A stretch of DNA of 64,000 nt from Selaginella moellendorffii (GCF_000143415.4 NW_003314312.1:315261-379260); one strand, 5' to 3'. Numbered from the stretch's first letter, positions 12,024-24,094 are shown. Translations and numbers: made by a program. Notes: generated by a model not told the origin, from the letters alone.

Positions 12024-13763
12024 ATGCACTTTAGTATACCTTCTTCCAAGATAGCACAGAGAGGAATCTCCACACAAGCTCTAGTCACAGATAGCAAAGA
12101 TTTGTACAAGCTTCTCGCTCGCTGTGGAGAGGCCAAAGATCTTCTCCAGGGACGATACCTTCACGCGCGAATCCTTCCAAGCGAGATACAAAAAAACGCT
12201 CCTCTTGGCAACCAGATCGTTCAAATGTATGGTCGGTGTGGCTGTCCCGAGGAAGCACGAAAAGTTTTCGAGACCATCGAAGAGAGAACTTTGATCTCAT
12301 GGAACATCATGCTTGGTGCATATACCCAAAACGGGTATATGGTGGAAGGGAAGTTTCTCTTCGAAAGAATACCAAAGCGGGATGTGGTTTCTTGGAATTC
12401 TCTATTATCTGGGTATGCCCGTGTCGGGTACACTTCTGAAACAGGCACCAGCTTTGAAAAAATGCCTGGGCATGATTTAGTCTCGTGGACTTCTATGCTT
12501 AAATTATATGCTCAAACGGGGCATCTGGGTCAAGGAAAAAGTATGTTTGATAGAATGCCAAACAGGGACATAGTCTCTTGGAACACTATGATCGCTGCCT
12601 TTGGCGAAAACGAGAAATGGAAAAGCGCTGCTGCGATGTTTGAAAGAATGCCCGAGTGGAGTCTCGTGTCTTGGAATTCCGCTTGCCAGGCATTTTCGCA
12701 AGGTGGGCTCCTGGAGGAGGCCAAACGGAGCTTCGATCAAATGCCAAAACGAGATCTAATCTCGTGGAATGCAATGCTAGCTGCGCTTGTTCAAAAGGGG
12801 AACGTTGACGAGGCCAGGAAGCTGTTCGATCGATTTCCACTCCGGAGTTTGATCTCGTGGAACACTCTTTGCGTGGGTTATGCCGAGAACTGGTCGATCT
12901 CGGAAGCCCGGAACACGTTTGAGCTCATGCCGGAGCGGGACGTTTTCGCGTGGACGATCATGCTGGGATCATACGGACAGGATGGTCAGCTGGAAGAAGC
13001 GAAAAACTTCTTCGATTTCATGCCAAGGAGGAGCCTAGTGACATTCACGGCGATGATCGCAACTTACGGACAGAATGGATTCGTGGAGGAATCCAAAAGG
13101 CTCTTTGCTGGCTTGCGAGAATCAAACAACGTAACTTGGAGTACGATGTTGCTGGTTCTCGCTCACGCTGGCTGTGTCGAAGAGACCGAAGAACTCTTTG
13201 CCAGGATGCCCGAAAAGAGTGTTGTCTCGTGGACGATCTTGATCACGGCGTATGCCCAAAACGGCCATATGCTGCAAGCCAAGAAAACTTTCGATCGCAT
13301 CAAGAACAGGGACACGGTTGCATGGGCAGTGATGGTGGCGGCATTTGCTCAATACGGAAGTGGGCGAGACGCGATTGATCTGTGGAGAGAAATGGAGCTC
13401 GGGGGTTTCAAGGCGGAGGAGATAACTCTGCTAAACGTTCTTGCTGCTTGCAGCCATGAGGGATTGATCGACGAAGCTTGGAGGGTGTTCGTGTCGATAC
13501 CACGGGACTATGATCTTGGATTGAACAGGGAGCATTACTGGTGCATGCTGGATGTTCTAAGTCGAGTTGGGATGATCGAAGACGCCGAGGAGCTCATCGA
13601 AACAATGCCGTTTTTGCCAGATGAAATTGCGTGGGGAACTTTGCTGGCTGGATGCAAGATCCACAACAATCCCAACTGTGGAGGTCGTGCCGCTGATATG
13701 ATCCTCCGTAGCAAGCCCTGTGCATCCACCCCTTTGAAAGCATTGCTGGGCATTTGTGTATAG
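12024..13763 (+). CDS. PLS/E-class PPR protein (gene B), intronless
   Basis: 579-aa ORF with a transit-peptide-like N-terminus, many ~31-aa repeats and an E domain (ACSHEG...MPFLPDEIAWGTLLAGC). No DYW. Confidence 0.92.
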   Translation: MHFSIPSSKIAQRGISTQALVTDSKDLYKLLARCGEAKDLLQGRYLHARILPSEIQKNAPLGNQIVQMYGRCGCPEEARKVFETIEERTLISWNIMLGAYTQNGYMVEGKFLFERIPKRDVVSWNSLLSGYARVGYTSETGTSFEKMPGHDLVSWTSMLKLYAQTGHLGQGKSMFDRMPNRDIVSWNTMIAAFGENEKWKSAAAMFERMPEWSLVSWNSACQAFSQGGLLEEAKRSFDQMPKRDLISWNAMLAALVQKGNVDEARKLFDRFPLRSLISWNTLCVGYAENWSISEARNTFELMPERDVFAWTIMLGSYGQDGQLEEAKNFFDFMPRRSLVTFTAMIATYGQNGFVEESKRLFAGLRESNNVTWSTMLLVLAHAGCVEETEELFARMPEKSVVSWTILITAYAQNGHMLQAKKTFDRIKNRDTVAWAVMVAAFAQYGSGRDAIDLWREMELGGFKAEEITLLNVLAACSHEGLIDEAWRVFVSIPRDYDLGLNREHYWCMLDVLSRVGMIEDAEELIETMPFLPDEIAWGTLLAGCKIHNNPNCGGRAADMILRSKPCASTPLKALLGICV

Positions 13764-15414
13764 AGTCTTTCAAGTGAATGCTTGCTGACCAGCGTTGAAT
13801 GATAGCTTGGAAACTTTTTGGAGTTCGAAGGAAACAGGGAACTAGGGAAGCTGTTACTGATCAAGACGACGCTTATCTGAACAACAATCCCCGTAATGTT
13901 TTGGTTTTCCATAATTTTTATTTCCCTCAATTTCTAAACTTTCAGGCGTTCGTGACAATCAAGTTACAGTGCTAACAATAGAATGACGGCAGCATACGGG
14001 ACTCACTTCAAACTTTAGCTACCAAGTAGTGCAAATGAATAATGTAAGTAGTGCAAATCTAGGAGTGACTTCTTACTATCAACCATCTTTGCCAGTTTGC
14101 TGGTAGGCTTCTAACACCTTTTGTTATCACATTTGAGAATTTGATAATTGTGAACATCACCTAAACTTGTAAGTTTTTTGAGCTAATAAAATAAATCTAT
14201 ATGTAGAACTTACACGTTTAAAACATGGAAGTAGTTATTTATTTATCATTTTATTTAGTACTGTTTAAGAATTAAAGAATTTTATTTTAATAAAATATTG
14301 ACAAAACAGGAGATCTGGTTTGGAAATATGTTTATAAATATTTAAAAAAATTTAATATAAAATACAATAAATATTTTATATTTTATGTCAAGGTTTTACA
14401 ATAAAATTAAAATTGAAATATTATAATTCTTTTTAAAAAATTTATTTATTATTATATTTAGTACCTCTATATTTGTCATCTTATAAGTCACATCAAGATT
14501 TAAAAGAAAATTATCATATAGCTGAATTACTCTATAATTATCCCCAAATGTATTGTTTAAAATTTATAAAACTTTTTTGGTTAACAATTGAATGTAATAA
14601 TATAAAAATAAAGTTCTACTGTAATATATTAAGCTAATTAATTTTTCTCTAATAATTAATTTTATGGTGTAAAAATATTTTGTTACAGCCATATTAATAT
14701 ATTTATTTTATCTAACTCCTATTAAGGATAAATTTAAAATCAATAAGTACTTAATAGTATTAAATTGTAAACTATCTAAAGATAAAGTTACTTATTTATT
14801 TTACATTATCTATTTAAAATTTTAAATAATTATAATATATATTTAAAATAAAATATTTATGGAAGACGTTGACCTCATTATATCGTAAAAGTTTTATTTA
14901 CACTTTAAAATATATTTTTTTTATATAAATAATCTATAATAATAAGAATGAAGAACCCAGACCCCGCAGCCATCCAATCCCAGGCCCGGGGCAGCCTCGG
15001 AAGCCATGGTTCTCGGAAAGGGGAGGCCAGTCCAGGCTCGGGCTAGGGCCAATGGCCATGGTTAGTGGGAATATTAGCTCAATGTTGTGGCGGCCAATGG
15101 GCGGGATGCATGCATGGCTGGGAAGGGAAGAGGGTGTGGTGACAGGTGTTATGCCATGCACTCCTAGGGCTCCATGGCTTCTCTAGTTGGACACGGTTGT
15201 GTGGGCATTCCCGTGAGAGCCTGTGTGTGGTAAGTAATAGGGGCAAAGAGAATGGTAGTCGGGCACACAATCCAGGCTCCTCTCAGGATCAACTCAAGAC
15301 TGTGAGAGGCAAATTGGCTCATCTCCAACTCAGCAAAGCTTTGATCCCTGTTCGCCACTGCCTCACGAGCTCTTTGGCTTGCAGGAAAGCAATTATCAAG
15401 GACACTCCCTCTTC

Positions 15415-15680
15415 ATCCCCAGATTCTCTCGAGGAATCCCTTGCTGCTGGGCCTGGTGAGGGATTTTTGTTTCAGCACATGATCGGGATCAACTCCGTTT
15501 GTAGGAACCAGGTGTTTTGAGTTGACGTAGGGCTGTCGAGTGGCTGCGCCAGCCAACACTGCTCCTAAAGTTTTGGAAATCCGACACAGCACTGATGTCT
15601 GGGTTCTCTTGAAAGAGAAGGAGAAGCAGAAGGTGCCACCGCAAGCATCGCCTGGTTTAGGTTCGTTTTTAGATCGAGGT
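15415..15680 (+). pseudogene. Captured C-terminal fragment of a Shewanella-like protein phosphatase (SLP2-like)
   Basis: Reads GINSVCRNQVF*VDVGLSSGCA, then after a frameshift PKVLEIRHSTDVWVL...PGLG. This matches the SLP C-terminal pattern GINxVC..RIDVGMSxGC..PEVLEI. Confidence 0.7.
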
Positions 15681-16045
15681 AAGTCGTAAGTTTGTATTCT
15701 ATGATGAGATTTTTTTTTCTGTCTGATACTGATTCTATCGAATCTAAAATTTAGTTCCAGTTTCTGAGAGTTTGAGGGCTAGTTTCAACGATGCTGTGCT
15801 GGGATGCTGTGCCAGGTAACCTGATGCTGGCGTAGGAGCAGCACTTGGGGCTGCAGCTCAAAATTACAAAGCTGTGGATTATGAGGCAAAGATTGGTAAA
15901 CACAACATTGGAGTTATTTCGTTGTTCTTGAGTGTGCTTTGCAAAAGTCTAATATTTTCCTTTCAGATCATTACATAGTTGTGAAATTTATATATATCCA
16001 ACTGTACTTTGCATTTCTATTCTGCATAAACTTCTATACAAACTC

Positions 16046-16049
<4 letters not shown>

Positions 16050-16081
<32 letters not shown>
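16050..16081. repeat. (TA)n microsatellite
   Basis: Direct TA run. Confidence 0.95.
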
Positions 16082-16084
<3 letters not shown>

Positions 16085-17898
16085 CAAACCTATAATCAAA
16101 GTGACTGAAAATGCCTCGCCTCTGCCATCTTTTGAGAACCATACGACATAATAAACAATCTAATGGAGATTTAGATGCCTCTGAAACTATGATTGACCAT
16201 GATACACATACTATAGCTGTTCAAAATAATCATGATAATGATTCTATATGCCAAAATATTAATCATGATAATGATTATATACAGCAATCAGTTGGACAGT
16301 TAGAAGCATCTGAAACCTTACATGCATGTCATTATGATGATTACATATATCAAGCAATATTAAATCCACCACTCCCACCCATGAATACCACACTAGCAAG
16401 CCATAGCATTTATATTGACTTTAACATAATAAATTTTAATGTTGGTAGTTTATCATTTGTTTGTACTTTTTGTAATACATTACATTTTAAAGATGAAAAC
16501 TCTTCAATGTGTTGCCAGGATAACCAAGTTATATTACCTCCAATTTCACCTTTACCATTTGATTTACTTTCACTTTACAAGCAAAACAAGAACTCTAATT
16601 TTAAAACAAATATTAGACACTACAATAGTGCTCTTGCTTTTGCATCTATGTCTTCTAATATTGATATTGTAAAAGGTCATGGTCCTTATTGCTTTAAAAT
16701 CCATGGTCAAATATATCATAATATTATTTCAGCACATCCTTTTGAAGGTCAATATTGGACTTATGGACAACTTTATATGCTTGATACTCTAGAAGCTACA
16801 GATATAAGAAAGCAAAACCCTTTTAATTCAAGCTATGAGACAAACTTACTTAAACATCTTGATGCTCTCCTTAGTCATGTTAACCCATATGCTTAAGCTT
16901 TCAAAATGATGTATGAAATGGAACAAGAAGAAATTCGTTCTGCTACACTTTCAGGTTATCCTATACATGGTGTTTACATGTTATTAAAAACTGAAGGAAC
17001 TAATCCACGACGCTATAATGCTCCACGGACAAATGATGTTGCTGTTGTATTTATTAGTGATGATGGAGAACTGCCACATAGTCGTGAAATTTGTATATAT
17101 CCAACTATAAGCAATTCTAAATATATTTCAACACTTGATTATAATTGTGATCCAATGGTTTACCCATTAATATTTCCTTTTGGTGACAAAGGTTGGCACA
17201 ACAATATTTTTAATTCTAGACGTCGAATTACATTACTCCAATATTATGCATACCGTTTATCTATAAGAGAATACACTTTGGTTTTGATCAAATTTTACAT
17301 GCAGGAAAACTCACACAACAATATATAGTTGATGCCTATGTAAAAGTTGAAAGCAATAATTTAAATTACTATCGCACTCATTAAACGTCTATGTTATAGA
17401 AGGTTCTGAACAAATGGCACTTCAAAGAGCTACTCAAAATGGTATGATGTTGACAAAATGGTTTAAATTAAATATAAATGACCCAAATGCTAGACAATAT
17501 ACATATCTGGAAATCCCTTTATATTATACATTTAACGCTCATACTCATAACTAGCAAATTCGACATACAAGAAATGTCATTCCCCGAATGTATTCTGTGT
17601 CACCATCTAATGTTGAACTATATCATTTACATTTTATTTTACTCCATAAAAAAGGTGCTATGTCTTTCAAAGATCTCAAAACAGTTAACAATATTTATTA
17701 TGACATGTTTCAACAAGTTGCAGATGCAATAGGGGTTATAGCTGAAGATACCAAATGGGAAAAATGTTTGAAAGATGCTTGCTTTTTTAGAATGCCATCA
17801 CAATTAAAACAATTATTTGTATTACTTTGTATTTTTTGCATTCCAAAAGATCTTTACTTCTTATGGGATAAATTTAAAAACTTCCTTTCTAAGGATTT

Positions 17899-18415
17899 TG
17901 TAAGCAACCAAAGAGAACGACTTGAGAGACGGTCCATGGGGTTCAAATATAGAGGGAAAGGGCCCATGAATAAGAGTGCACCCCCTTTTCCAATCGGTTA
18001 AGGGTCTTGGGATAGTTGGAGTTAAGTGTCCTTGGGTTTGAATAGTACTGGGCTGGGTGACCTCCCGAGAAGTCCAAACTCAGGAGTTTACATTTGGTAT
18101 CAGAGAGGTCTCAGGTCCGACTCTGTTGGTTGGCTAAGGGAATCACACCACATGTTGATTGACATCTGGCTGGTCCAGTTTGCTCCCACTGGGCTCGACC
18201 CGAGGGGTAGGGTGTCAAGAGAGTGGAGCTCTCGGGAGAGTTGCGGCTCTCAGTTTCCATAGGGTTCAAATATAGAGGGAAAGGGCCCATGAATAAGAGT
18301 GCACCCCCTTTTCCAATCGGTTAAAGGTCTTGGGATAGTTGGAGTTAAGCGTCCTTGGGTTTGAATAGTACTGGGCTGGGTGACCTCCCGGGAAGTCCAA
18401 ACTCAGGAGTTTACA
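17899..18415 (+). mobile_element. Cassandra-type TRIM (5S rRNA-derived LTRs)
   Basis: TG...CA ends with GATTT target-site duplication (17894-17898 / 18416-18420). LTRs at 17899-18092 and 18213-18415, PBS TGGTATCAGAG at 18095, PPT GAGGGGTAGGG at 18202-18212. Each LTR has AGTTAAG(C/T)GTCCTTGGG..TAGTACTGGGCTGGGTGACCTCCCG(G/A)GAAGTCC, the 5S internal promoter region. Confidence 0.93.
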
Positions 18416-19366
18416 GATTTCATGTAAACAAATTCAATTTTTTATTATGAACATGCTTTATATAATATGGATATTAAAATAAAAATGCATGGCAAAACTA
18501 ATCAAAACTACCAACTACCTTTGCCATTTGAAAATTTTGATGATGAAAATATTGTCAACTCAAGACAAATATGTCAAAATGTTGAATAAAATATTCCTCG
18601 ATTTAATCAAGAACAGTTAAATATTTTTAATGACATTTCTAATGTTATTGATCAACCAACTGAGCATAATCGATACATTTTCATTGATGGCTCTAGTGGT
18701 ACTAGTAAAACATTTTTGCTTAACACTCTTATAAATATTTTACAATTGAAAAAAATAAATTTTGTTAGTATGGGTTAGATAGGAATTGCAAGTACTTTAC
18801 TTTATAATGGCCGAACTTCACAGATTACTTTTAAACTTCCTGTTCTAATAAATGAAACATCAATTGTTGGTATAATTGCTAATAGTGAAGTAAGTATAAG
18901 AATCAAAACTACTAATGTATTGTTATGAGATGAAATAAGTATGGTTCACATTCATGCATTCACTGCTGTTGATCAAGTGTTGCGAAATCTAAAAAATACA
19001 TTATTACCTTTTAGTGGCATAATTGTTGTCACTAGCGGGGACTTTAGATAGACACTTTCAGTCATTCCACATGGATATAGGGCATAAATTGTTTCAAGTT
19101 TTGTAAGAATGAATAAATTATGGAGATTATTTAGAAATTTATCTTTGAAAAAAAATATGCAACTTGCTAAAAGTGATAAATCATGGTCTGAATGGCTTTT
19201 CAAAGTTGGAAATAGTGAAAATTTTGAAAATTAACCATCTTTACCTTCTAACTCCATTTTATTACCTCATACACAACTAATTTATTCATCTATTATTGAT
19301 TTTGACTACCCTTTAGTATTTGATATTTCAAACCCTTATATTGCAGCCAATCGAGTCATACTTACC

Positions 19367-20570
19367 TGTAAGCCACAAATTTTTCCTTTCCAATTTGCCA
19401 GCTTACCTCGTTTATCCGACCAACTCTGCCTTGGCTTGTGCTAAGTTCCCTCGCCAAGGTTCTCGCCTATGGTACCAACTCCTACTTGGTCCTACTTGGT
19501 TTCAGCTACTCACTGCACGAGCAACGGAGTGTTAGCCATCCATCTACGGATTCCCAAATCTCTCCCAATCCCCCTCCCTAGGTTAGACTAGACTTAAGGT
19601 TCGGCTACCCTCCCCGCAGGCACAAGCAGCTAAGCACACCAAGCTTCCAGATTCCTAACCACCCTTGGTACCACAGGACTTGATCATGGGACCTTCTAAA
19701 TCCCAAGCCTTGGGTGCAACACTTGCTTCAGGATGTCAGGGCAAAACACCGTGGCCTAACGGCCCGGTATAGGTACCTCTACCCCCCCCACTTCCATCCC
19801 GAAGGGAAGGCCCAAGCCCCTAGGAAGGGCGAGGACCAATGAGCCACAAGGTACTCAAGTGGGGCACCACTCCACATGAGCCAGGAGCACTGTAGTCGGT
19901 TTCCCTTTTGGGAGTGGGAGCTGCTCTTGAGCACTTCCCTGGGTGGCCCCTCCGGCACCACTCAAGCCCATGCTCACTCCCACCCAAGGCCCCTCAGCCC
20001 CAGTCTCAACCTCAAGTCGGTTTGGAAGCCCTACTAGAGAGTTCCTTCAAGACTGGTTCCTGGACCTCACTATCCCTACTATACTTTTGGAACCCCCTGC
20101 AACCCCCCCCCCCCCTTGCCCCCTGGGAGACACACGCTTTGGGCTTTCACCCCTTGAGCTGTAATAGTATGTGGACTTAGTCTCAGAATCGATCTCGGAC
20201 TCGATCTCGGACCCGACTTCGGACTCGGTCTCGGACTCGATCTCGGACCCGATCTCGGACCCGATTTCGGACTCGACTTCGGACTCAACCTCGGACTCGG
20301 TCTCGGACCCGATTTGGATCTCAGACTCCGTCTTGAACTCGGTCTCGAACTCGGTCTCGATCTCGGTCTCCGATTCGGCCTCGGCTTGATCCCAGACTCT
20401 ATCTCGAACTCGGTCTCAGAGTCGGTCTTGGACTCTATCTCGAACTCGGTCTCAGAGTCGGTCTTGGACTCGATCTTCGACTCGGTCCCATCCGATGAAC
20501 TCATTGTCATTTCGGTCAAGCTTTCGAGGATCCTTTAGCCTACGACATCTCGGGGAGTCGGTTCTTTACA
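19367..20570 (+). mobile_element. Solo LTR (1204 bp) inserted in the Helitron helicase
   Basis: TGTAA...TTACA ends with a 5-bp TSD TTACC (19362-19366 / 20571-20575). Removing it restores helicase motif RVILT|PLNDD. Orientation is arbitrary. Confidence 0.92.
20175..20490. repeat. Degenerate 12-bp tandem array (GACTCGATCTCG-like) inside the solo LTR
   Basis: Direct repeats visible. They generate spurious SDS/RPS-rich ORFs. Confidence 0.9.
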
Positions 20571-21496
20571 TTACCCCACTTAATGATGATACATTTGCAA
20601 TCAACAACACTATTGTCTCTAGATTACAAGGTGATACATACATTTATAAAAGCATTGATTTTGTTAACATTGAACATTCTGAAAATTTTCCAATAGAATT
20701 CTTAAATTCTATCACACCTTCTGATCTCCCACCAGATAAACTCTCTCTCAAACAAGGTGTTATTCTTATCCTTCTCATAAATATGTCTCCATCAACAGGA
20801 CTATGCAATGGCACACATCTCATCTTGAAAAATGCATTACCAAATGTTTTAGATTGTGAAATTGTGATGGGGCAATTTAAAGGGACAAGTGTTTTTATCC
20901 CACATATCACACTAATACCATCAAATACAGAAATTCCATTCAAAATGTCCAGATGATAATTTCCAATTCGTTTAGGTTATTGCTTAACAATCTCCAAATG
21001 CTAAGGACAGACATTTTACCGAGTTCAAGTTTCCTTGCTCCACCCAATTTTCACTCATGGGCAACTTTATATGGCTTTATCAAGATGCATTGATCACCAC
21101 ATGGATTTGGAATTAAAGTTCAAAACACCACACACCAAGGCTACTTCTTTCCTCAAGATCTTTCTATTTTTACAATTAACACTGTCTATAAAAAAGTTTT
21201 ATATTAAACCTCTTTGTAAACCATCCAACATTCTTGTTATTAATAAGGGGCAAACAATTATTTTAAAAAGGGGTGCATGATTTTTTTAAAAACATTAGTA
21301 AAGTTAACAATACAAAAAAAATGATTATTATTTTATGATTTTTAAAAATTTATCTCTAAAACTAGTGATTTGATTGCTAAGTTTGACCAACGTTATGCTA
21401 GCTTGGACAGTGATTTTTCTCAATGCTCTTCCTTGTTTTTGTTACGTTTATTTACTTGACCTTTGTTACACAATAAAATCGCGGGTGGATCACTGC

Positions 21497-23737
21497 TTAG
21501 AATGTGATCACTTGACAAGAGCAGTGTCCCAAGTCCCCCAGAAAGTCCACACCATTCGGCAACTTCATGGTATGCCAGCAAACATTCTGGTTCACCTTGC
21601 CGCCTCTAACCGGCGCGATCACCACGATCAAAGCCGGCCCCATCGTCCCAACCATGTAGAGCTTCCCGTTACTCCCAGCCATGGCGGACACCAGCCTGGG
21701 ATCCCACTCGAGCAAAGAGTCCGCGTTCTTCCCTTTCACTGGCAGCCAGCTATCCTTCTCGGCAACGTACTGCTGGTAGCACCCAAAGTCGAGCGTGTAG
21801 AGCAAACCATCCATGACTGTGCTCGCTTTCCCCCAGCCCGATCTGAGCCCCGGCTTGATCTCCAGCCACGAGTCCGACTCGGGGTCATACATCCCTGCGT
21901 TGATTCTTCCGGTCACGCTTTGTGGTCCTATGACGCAAAGCTTGTCGTCCACTACGGCGATGTACTTGAGCGGGCTGCATGGATGAGCCGTGACGATTCC
22001 CCGAGCACTGGCTTTGTAGCTCCAACTATCCGTCTTTGGATTGTAGACCTCGAGGCACGGGAGGGAGTAGCCTGTGAGGTGACAGATTCCCGAGCCACCG
22101 ATGACGTAGAGCTTGCCTTTGATTGTAGCTGCGAGGCAGGCGAAGCGGGGGGTGATCATCTGTGCCGCTCGCTTCCATCGGTTTCGTAGAGGGTTGTAAA
22201 CCCAGACGTCCCTAAGAGGTAAAGGTGAGATTGTCAGTTTGGTGCTAGCTCTCAATTCCCACAGCACGAACATGAAGTGACAAACACGTAAAGTAAGCGG
22301 AGCAAAGATGCCAGGGACTAACGAAAGAGAAAGCCCGAGGGTCACAAGTGAGTGTAGTCCAAAAAAGAAGAGAAGAAAATAATGCATCAAAGAGAGGAAG
22401 ATACCAACGATAGAACGCGCAATGACAAAGACTGAAACGCGTCATAGAGAAACAATGCTGGACGGGAAGAAAAGGACACCCTCCTGTAGCTTACGACGAC
22501 CAAAGTGATAATTCGAGAAGCACAATGCCAGTGCAAGCAATCATCATCCAACCCAAACAAACATAGAACAAGGAAAACCACCAAGATCATTGTCTCTCAA
22601 ACACAAACAATCATCAAGTCGACCACAAAGCACTGACAAGAGAACCACACCTCCAAGAGCATTGTTTCTCAAACACAAACACTCATCAAGTCGACCACAA
22701 AGCACTGACAAGAGAAGCACACCACCAAGAGCATTGTTTCTCAAACACAAACAATCGTCAAGTCGACCACAAAGCACTGACAAGAGAACCACCAAGAACA
22801 TACGGAAAAACAAACCAATTCCCAAGAACACAACAAGGTAGAGTAGAGTACCTGATGGCAGCTTTTCCAAATGGAGCTCCTCCAATGACGAAGAGATTCC
22901 CGTTCATCACCACCGAGGTAGCGCCCAGCACGACCTGGCCCCCCGTCACCGATTCATCGTATGGAATTGGCGGAAGAGCGTGCCATTTGTACCTGTAAGG
23001 ATCCAGCGCGTGCCACAAGCTAAATCCCCCGACTAGCTGCCACTTGCCACCGCTGCTACTCCCCCTCTTGGACGATCCATCGCGATCCCGGCGCTCGTCC
23101 AGATGCGGGGACGTCCCAACGTGGAGATAGAGCCAATCCTCGGCGCATCCCAGGAGCCGGCGCTGCTCCACGAAATCCGGCGTCTCCACGATCCATCGCC
23201 AGGACCGACACACCGCGCGGAGGAGGCAGTGCTCCACGCGAGGAACCCTAGCCAGGCATTGGAGCGCGACGTCGTGTGGGAGGCCGGGGATGAGAGACCA
23301 CTCGCCGGCTGGAGCTTGGACCTCCTCGAAGAGAATGGAGGTGGATTTCTTGACGATCTTGATCTTGTTGCGCGGATTCTTGCGCGACGGCGTGCTGCAT
23401 TCTCCTCCTCCCGGCGCTGGCGCTGGCGCCGGGGCTTGGTGCTGCTCGGATGCGACCACGCGATTCCTGCCGCTCCTGCCGCCTGCGATGGATGGATCAA
23501 TCGACCCGAGAGGGTGAGACGAGAGATATTTCGATCGATCGAGAGTGACTGACCTAGGAACAATCTCACGCGGAGCTTCTTGACGAATCTCCACAGCTGC
23601 CCGGCGCGCTTCCGGATGTAGAGCTTTTGCCTGTGCAATCGCCTCTGGAATCTCATCCCCAGGCACGAGGAATGCGGTGCCTGGGACGAAGACATGGCCA
23701 AACCCATGGACAGATCGAAGATCTCCTGCTGGATCAT
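21497..23737 (-). CDS. F-box/kelch-repeat protein, 3 exons (approx. 23737-23554, 23482-22852, 22211-21497)
   Basis: F-box LIPGLPHDVALQCLARVP and kelch motifs (LFVIGG, LYVIGG, EVYNPKTDSW). GT-AG introns join the frames. Start codon uncertain. Confidence 0.88.
22590..22800. repeat. ~72-bp tandem repeat x3 in the F-box/kelch intron
   Basis: TCAAACACAAACAATCATCAAGTCGACCACAAAGCACTGACAAGAGAA repeated three times. Confidence 0.9.
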
Positions 23738-24054
23738 TCGATTTCGATCGGCAGCAGCATCAAGAATGTAGCAAGGGCGCCCCAAAATCCGCGCCGCTAC
23801 AAGAGATCGAGCAAGAACATCACACGAAAGCCAAGAGCGCCAAGCGAGGAAGAGAAGAGAGGATCCTCTGGAGAGGGATGGAGAGGAAGAACCCTAAAGA
23901 AACCATGGGAATTTTTCCATGGGCCTTGTCCTTTGCTGGTGGTGATGATAAATGGAATATATCCCTCTCTGACTATTCAAGAATCAAGGTGGTGATCAAG
24001 TCAGCAACCACATACCCCACTAAAATCTTTTGAAAAACATTTAATCTTATAAGA

Positions 24055-24094
<40 letters not shown>

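Larger units (their letters stand above)
14933..21365 (+). mobile_element. Defective Helitron (Rep/PIF1-helicase) with nested insertions; termini tentative
   Basis: Coding remnants at 16111-~21100: NIRHYNSALAFASM, GPYCFKIHGQIYH, RRYNAP, YPLIFPFGDKGWH, degenerate Walker A (FIDGSSGTSKT), DEISM, GDFR, GLCNGT, FTHGQLYMALSR. Candidate termini are A|TC at 14933 and CTAG|T at 21362-21365. No clear 3' hairpin. Confidence 0.85.

Noticed and set aside
18020-18075. 5S rRNA gene
   Set aside because: Only the internal promoter half is present, embedded in TRIM LTRs. Not a full ~120-nt gene.
20079-20538. SR-rich and SDS-rich ORFs
   Set aside because: By-products of the 12-bp tandem array in the solo LTR.
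22590-22800. CRISPR-like repeats
   Set aside because: Contiguous tandem repeats with no unique spacers, inside a eukaryotic intron.
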